Shown piece by piece: positions 59,125-64,000 of a stretch of 64,000 nucleotides of DNA. Location of the stretch: the NCBI GenBank assembly GCA_017549105.1, contig JAFYVN010000010.1:17261-81260 (forward strand). The letters are read 5' to 3'. The notes below the pieces were generated by a model. That model worked only from the letters and a program-made list of their open reading frames with translations. It had not been told where the DNA came from and did not search any database. The number at the start of each line of letters is the position of its first letter. Position 1 is the stretch's first letter. Both the position numbers and the translations under genes were made by a program. Origin of the DNA: Clostridia bacterium. GTDB lineage: Bacteria > Bacillota > Clostridia > Oscillospirales > Acutalibacteraceae.

Positions 59125-61173
59125 TTATTTTATATCGTCATAGTTGATTTTGTTGCCTTCGAATTTGTTGACATCAAGCTCTTTATCACCGATAAATGCT
59201 TTGTCAACCTGCTTTATGCCCTTGACATATTCCTTTGTACCGGGGCAGAAGGGATAAAGACCGAGAACGCCGAAGATGTACCAGATAGCGGTTGTGCCGT
59301 TGTCTTCGTCACCGGGGAATCCGTCGTCTTCGTATGAGAATAATTCGTCGCAGATTTTCTTTACCCAATAAGCGGATTTCTCAACTTCACCGAGAGCAGA
59401 GTAAATATAAGGAATGTGGAAACTCGGCTGATTGTTCATTCCGCACTGACCGAAGTCAACGGCCGCCATTTCGGTTATCTCGTGAATCTCACAGCCGTAG
59501 CCGATGATTTCGTAGTGGGGAGGAGTTGCGAAAAGTTCGTCGATTTTTTCGATGAGCTTATCCTTTCCACCGTAGAGGTCTGCGAGACCTTCGATGTCGT
59601 GGGGCACAGCGAATGAATTCTGCCACGCACTGCCTTCGGTGTAGTCACGTCCCCAGCCGATGGGCGTGAAATCGGGTCTGAAGTTACCTTTTCTGTCCTT
59701 GGGACGCATAAAGCCTGTTTCGGGGTCGAAAAGATTTTTATAGTTAAGCGCACGCTTTCTGTATTCTTTTTCGATGTCGCTCTTACCGAGAAGTTTTGCG
59801 ATTTCGGCAATACACCAGTCGCCGTATGCGGCATCAAGAGTGAGGTTGACAGTCTCTTTTTCTTCCTCATAGGGAACGTAACCGAGTTTGCAGTAGCTCT
59901 CTGCACCGTTTCTGCCGAAACGGCTGTGGGGAGCATTTTTTACGGAATGCTTTATCATACCTTCAAGCGCGATTTCGAGCAAATCGTTATCAACAAATCC
60001 CTTGACAGCAGCGTCGCAGATAACTGCATCAACAAGGGTGCTGGGCATACATCCGCATTCGCCGATTGAAAGCCAACGGGGAAGCCAACCGCTTTCGGTG
60101 TATTCCATAATGAATGCGGTGAGCATTTCTTTAAGTTCTTCCTTCGCAACGAGCGAGAAGAAGGGGTAAACGGTTCTGTATGTATCCCAGAAGCCGTTGT
60201 CGGTATATCTTACACCGGGACGGGTTGAACCGTCGTGGGGGCAGTAGTGGATTGCGTTGCCGTTTTTATCGTATTCATGGCATTTGTGGGGATAGAGGAA
60301 TGCTCTGTACATACACGAATAGAAGGTTTTGAGCATTTTCTTATCCTTGGTTTCAATTCTGACTCTTGAAAGATATTCTTCCCATTTTGCCTCTGCAAAA
60401 GCTTTGACGGATTTGAGTGTTGCACCCGAAAGCTCTGTTTCAAGATTGAGGAGGGCCTGATTGAAGCTGATGTATGAGGTTGCGAGCTTGATTTCGGTTG
60501 ACTTGTTCTTAAGTGCAATGTGAATGCCTGCTTTTTTGCCTCTGCACTTTGTTCCGTTTTTGAATTTATCGTCGTTGCTGATAAGTGTATTATCAACATC
60601 AACGCTGCCTTCGGGGAATTTTAAAACAATATAATTCTTGAATTTAACCGCTTCGCCGCTCATATGCATATCTGTTGAAGCATAGAGAGTGTTGGTTTTT
60701 TCGTCGAAACGGAAAGAGTTGTTGCCCTTGACGGGAATAACTGAAAAATAGTTGTCGATATCCTCATCAAAATCAACCTTGATAACCGCGCCTCTTTCTG
60801 TGGGAGCAAGCTCGAAATCCGCTCTGCATCTGAGGAAACGGTATTTGAGGTTGTAGGGGGTAAGCACTGCATCTTCAGGTCTGAATCCGGACCATCTGTC
60901 CTCACCGTCGAAACCGCCCATTTTTTTGTTCTGAAGGCTGAAAAGCATTGCACCGTAGTCGGCAATCCAGGGCGATGGCTGATGGGTGAGGCGGATACCC
61001 TCGAGGCTTCTGCTGTCGGGATGATAGTACCAACGGATGTTGCCTTCAACGGTCTGTGGGCAGAATGCCGCCATACCGAAGGGGAGCTGAACGAGAGGCA
61101 GAGTGTTGCCGTTTGAATAACGGTGAACGGACTTGCTGCCTTGCTTTGTGTTGACAAGATTACAGTATTTCAT
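59125..61173 (-). CDS. GH92 alpha-mannosidase
   Basis: THQPSPWIADY, GFWDTYRT, YTEGSAWQ, NQPSFHIPY and PGDEDNG motifs. Confidence 0.92.
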   Translation of the reverse strand: MKYCNLVNTKQGSKSVHRYSNGNTLPLVQLPFGMAAFCPQTVEGNIRWYYHPDSRSLEGIRLTHQPSPWIADYGAMLFSLQNKKMGGFDGEDRWSGFRPEDAVLTPYNLKYRFLRCRADFELAPTERGAVIKVDFDEDIDNYFSVIPVKGNNSFRFDEKTNTLYASTDMHMSGEAVKFKNYIVLKFPEGSVDVDNTLISNDDKFKNGTKCRGKKAGIHIALKNKSTEIKLATSYISFNQALLNLETELSGATLKSVKAFAEAKWEEYLSRVRIETKDKKMLKTFYSCMYRAFLYPHKCHEYDKNGNAIHYCPHDGSTRPGVRYTDNGFWDTYRTVYPFFSLVAKEELKEMLTAFIMEYTESGWLPRWLSIGECGCMPSTLVDAVICDAAVKGFVDNDLLEIALEGMIKHSVKNAPHSRFGRNGAESYCKLGYVPYEEEKETVNLTLDAAYGDWCIAEIAKLLGKSDIEKEYRKRALNYKNLFDPETGFMRPKDRKGNFRPDFTPIGWGRDYTEGSAWQNSFAVPHDIEGLADLYGGKDKLIEKIDELFATPPHYEIIGYGCEIHEITEMAAVDFGQCGMNNQPSFHIPYIYSALGEVEKSAYWVKKICDELFSYEDDGFPGDEDNGTTAIWYIFGVLGLYPFCPGTKEYVKGIKQVDKAFIGDKELDVNKFEGNKINYDDIK

Positions 61174-61175
61174 AA

Positions 61176-62252
61176 TTATTTCTCCTGAACCGAATTTATT
61201 AAATTTATTAGGTTTCGGACGCTGTAACAGCGGCTTTTCTTCATTGTGGTGTTAAGAAAATCCATATTGGATGCCGAGTGCTCAACCTCTTTTGAAAAGC
61301 GTTGCATTATTTGTGTTCTTCTTTCTTTGTCAGCATTTTCTGCGGCGCAAAGTTTTTGGATAACGATAAACGAAACCGCCGCAAATTTTGATTTTATCGG
61401 CAAACTGCGGTCAAAAACCGCCGCCATAAAGTAGCGGAACACAAAATAAACCATAAGATGCTCAAAATCCGTTTTGTTGTCTGAAAACGTAGAAACATCA
61501 ACACTTTCAGCGTTTGAAAGGCGGTCTGCGAACGATGAATCGAGCATCTCCAGACTGCGGAAATCCGAAAAGATTTTTTTGGTTGTTCCGTTTGCTCTGC
61601 GTTGAGAGTAAGCGGATTTTTCGGATAAGAAATAGTCTTTTTTTAATTTGGAACGGATTGTGCCGCACTCAAAGTGGCGGATATCTTTTGATATATCATC
61701 TGAAAATTCCAGGAATGCACAAATCCGTCGGCAGATTGAAAATTCTCTGCACTGAAGTATATCAATCGCCTTTTTTCGTGCTTCGAGAAGTGTAAAATAC
61801 AGGTCGGGATCTATGTCGGTAGGCTGAGGAAAATCAAGGGTGTTTTCCTCTTCAAAAGTTATCGGGTCATCGCCCTGAAGAATAAGCCTTGCCGCTTCGG
61901 GGCAGGAGAGAGAAATGCCTGTTTCGCTTCTTGCACCGAAATATGTTATGTGCCTCGGATACTGACGGCAGGTGCGGCAGAGAGAATCGTGACCGAGTTC
62001 GATATACATTTCGCACAGACCGCTGTTGAGCAAAAACGGGCAACGGTTGTTTATCGGGGTGAAAACCGTGTCTCCGTCTTCGTCAACCGCAATAACGCTT
62101 CGGATTTTATTGCCGAAATCTCCGTCTGTGTTCTTATATTTTTCAAGACTTTCACTGTCTGCAACGACTGCCCACCCTGCACAGCAGGTGTCGGGACATT
62201 TGTCGGCAATGCAGGTGAATTTTTTGTAATATGATGGATAAGTATTTTTCAT
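61176..62252 (-). CDS. FliB-family (flagellin lysine-N-methylase-like) Cys-cluster protein
   Basis: FTCIADKCPDTCCAGW, CPFL...LCE, CRTCRQYPR and LSCPEAAR motifs. Confidence 0.8.
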   Translation of the reverse strand: MKNTYPSYYKKFTCIADKCPDTCCAGWAVVADSESLEKYKNTDGDFGNKIRSVIAVDEDGDTVFTPINNRCPFLLNSGLCEMYIELGHDSLCRTCRQYPRHITYFGARSETGISLSCPEAARLILQGDDPITFEEENTLDFPQPTDIDPDLYFTLLEARKKAIDILQCREFSICRRICAFLEFSDDISKDIRHFECGTIRSKLKKDYFLSEKSAYSQRRANGTTKKIFSDFRSLEMLDSSFADRLSNAESVDVSTFSDNKTDFEHLMVYFVFRYFMAAVFDRSLPIKSKFAAVSFIVIQKLCAAENADKERRTQIMQRFSKEVEHSASNMDFLNTTMKKSRCYSVRNLINLINSVQEK

Positions 62253-62264
62253 TTTGTTTCAGAA

Positions 62265-62290
62265 AACGGGTGACCGATCAGTCACCCGTT
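62265..62290 (-). terminator. Intrinsic terminator
   Basis: AACGGGTGAC-loop-GTCACCCGTT with a minus-strand T-run. Confidence 0.7.
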
Positions 62291-62298
62291 GAAATTGT

Positions 62299-64000
62299 TT
62301 ATTCTTCTGACTGAATATTCTCTTCGGGAACTTCTTCATCTGCCGGAAGTTCTTCGGGAGGAATGATTTCACCGAATTCGTTTGTCACAACCTCGGTTTC
62401 GGGAACAAAAACGATGAGATAAACCGTTGTTCCGGGAGAATATGCTTTTTCTGAACTGGGTGACATAGAAACGATTTCGTTTTCCCTGTAGTTGCCCTGG
62501 GAGGTTTCACTCTTTTTACATACGAATCCGAGCTCTTCAAGGCGGACAACCGCTTCTTCGTAATCCGAACCGATAACGTTGGGAAGAACGATTTCTTCTT
62601 TACCCTTGCTGACGTAAAGAATGATCGGTGTGCCGGGAGTGACCATTTCGTTGGGCTGAATGCTCTGACCTACGATGTAGCCTTCGGCAACCTCTTCATC
62701 ATAAACATATTCGGGGTCTCCGAATTTGAAATTCTGTGAAAAAACAGGGTTTGACGAAATGTCAAGATAGCTTCTGCCCACGAATGTGGGAACGGCAACG
62801 GGCTCTGCCTGAACCAGGTCTGTAGCAATTTCAGTAGTGTTGCTCTGACTGCCGATATCTATTGACAGATGTTCACGGAATACCGTGAATGCAAGGATTA
62901 TACCGATAACGAGGCAGATTGCAAAGCTGACAACCGCCGATGTGATAATAACCGGAGCACCGCCGCTCTTTTTCTTTTTGCCGTTCTTTTTTTGTGAAGG
63001 CTGAGCCGCAGAGGGTCTCTGCTGAACGGGTTTGCCTGAAGGCGCTGCAGGCGGGACGGCGGTTCTTTGTTGCTGATACTGACCGCTGACTGCCGTTGCA
63101 ACGGGAGAAGCCGAAAGCTCTGCTCTGAGCTGCTCAACCGTGCGTGTTCTGTCTTCCGGTAAAATCTGAAGAGCGTTAATCAGACCGTTGATGACATATG
63201 CGGGAAGAGCTTCGGCAAATTTGCCGGGTACCATCAGACGGTCGTTTGACATTCTTTCTTTTGCCGAAATCGGGTCGCTGCCGATAAGAGTGCGGTAAAG
63301 CACGGCTGCAAAAGCATAGATATCCGTCCATGTACCCTGACTGCCGTCGAAACCGTACTGCTCAATGGCCGCATATCCGTCGAAAAGCTGACTGTTGAGG
63401 TCGCTTCTTGCGGTTCTTGCAGCGCCTGTGCAGAAGCCGGTTATCTTCAGTTTTCCGTCAGACGAGATAACAAGTGTTGACGGAGAAATTCCCTTGTGGA
63501 TAATACCCGATGAATGAAGGGTTCCGAGGGTTGAAAGGATGGGCATAAGAAGCTGCCTTGCCTTTTCCCACGAAATATAGCCTGTTTTGCTTTTCAGGAG
63601 GAAATCTCTGAGGGTAACTCCTTCGAAATGCTCGTAAATCGCATAGGATGTGCCGTAATCTTCAACAACGTTTGTTACGCTGATGAGCGCCGAAAGACCT
63701 TTGAGTCTTGCGAGCTTTGTCCACAGTTCCTCAAAACTCTGACGAAGCTCTGTGAAGACATCTTCGCTGCCTCTCATAATCTGGAGTCTGAGGTTTGAAG
63801 TGGTTCTTGTTGTGAAAGAATCGGGAATGAATTCCCTGATTTTTATGGCTTTTTTCTCTGTGAGGTCCCATCCGATATATGTTGCGCCTTCACCGTTATA
63901 TTCAAGCATTTTGCCGACGAGATATCGGTTTGCGATAACGGTTCTTACGGGAAGATAAGGCGGAATCTGAGCTGATTCGGAGAGAAATCCGCAATAGGGA
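62299..64000 (-). CDS. Ser/Thr kinase-like protein with TM and two PASTA domains (5' end outside the window); probable pseudokinase
   Basis: Frame is open to the window edge (..PYCGF...NRYLVGKML); kinase subdomains present but HKGISP replaces HRD and ITGF replaces DFG; VPTFVG and LPNVIG PASTA starts. Confidence 0.82.
   Translation of the reverse strand, partial: PYCGFLSESAQIPPYLPVRTVIANRYLVGKMLEYNGEGATYIGWDLTEKKAIKIREFIPDSFTTRTTSNLRLQIMRGSEDVFTELRQSFEELWTKLARLKGLSALISVTNVVEDYGTSYAIYEHFEGVTLRDFLLKSKTGYISWEKARQLLMPILSTLGTLHSSGIIHKGISPSTLVISSDGKLKITGFCTGAARTARSDLNSQLFDGYAAIEQYGFDGSQGTWTDIYAFAAVLYRTLIGSDPISAKERMSNDRLMVPGKFAEALPAYVINGLINALQILPEDRTRTVEQLRAELSASPVATAVSGQYQQQRTAVPPAAPSGKPVQQRPSAAQPSQKKNGKKKKSGGAPVIITSAVVSFAICLVIGIILAFTVFREHLSIDIGSQSNTTEIATDLVQAEPVAVPTFVGRSYLDISSNPVFSQNFKFGDPEYVYDEEVAEGYIVGQSIQPNEMVTPGTPIILYVSKGKEEIVLPNVIGSDYEEAVVRLEELGFVCKKSETSQGNYRENEIVSMSPSSEKAYSPGTTVYLIVFVPETEVVTNEFGEIIPPEELPADEEVPEENIQSEE

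Overview
A 64-kb chromosomal window that looks like a low-GC, anaerobic Clostridia-type Firmicute (inferred from sigma-A promoters, GGAGG RBSs, Rnf, Na+-pumping decarboxylase, glyQS and a probable sigma-K promoter). Most of it is core and carbohydrate metabolism: OPT transporter, pncB, GH51, GH2, GH130, GH92, murD, galE, rsmA, a lysine riboswitch with an NhaC-family transporter, ApbE plus rnfCDGEAB, an oxaloacetate-decarboxylase-type operon, glyQS, mgtE and two tRNAs. The most notable element is a compact, apparently intact 6.7-kb operon at 51481-58164 that encodes only a phage DNA-packaging, head and neck module: TerS, TerL, portal, putative protease/scaffold with an apparent ATT start, decoration protein, major capsid, connector, closure and a terminator-fibre fusion. 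It sits between host genes with no integrase, replication, lysis or tail genes, making it a candidate domesticated gene-transfer-agent-like system. Other observations: an unannotated leader peptide plus attenuator upstream of mgtE, an unannotated 45-aa Cys-rich gene behind a sigma-K-like promoter, a tandem gene pair sharing promoter and N-terminus but with divergent bodies, a shared amphipathic C-terminal tail on three unrelated secreted proteins, REP-like elements, and a PASTA pseudokinase. All product calls come from motif recognition by eye; no database searches were run.
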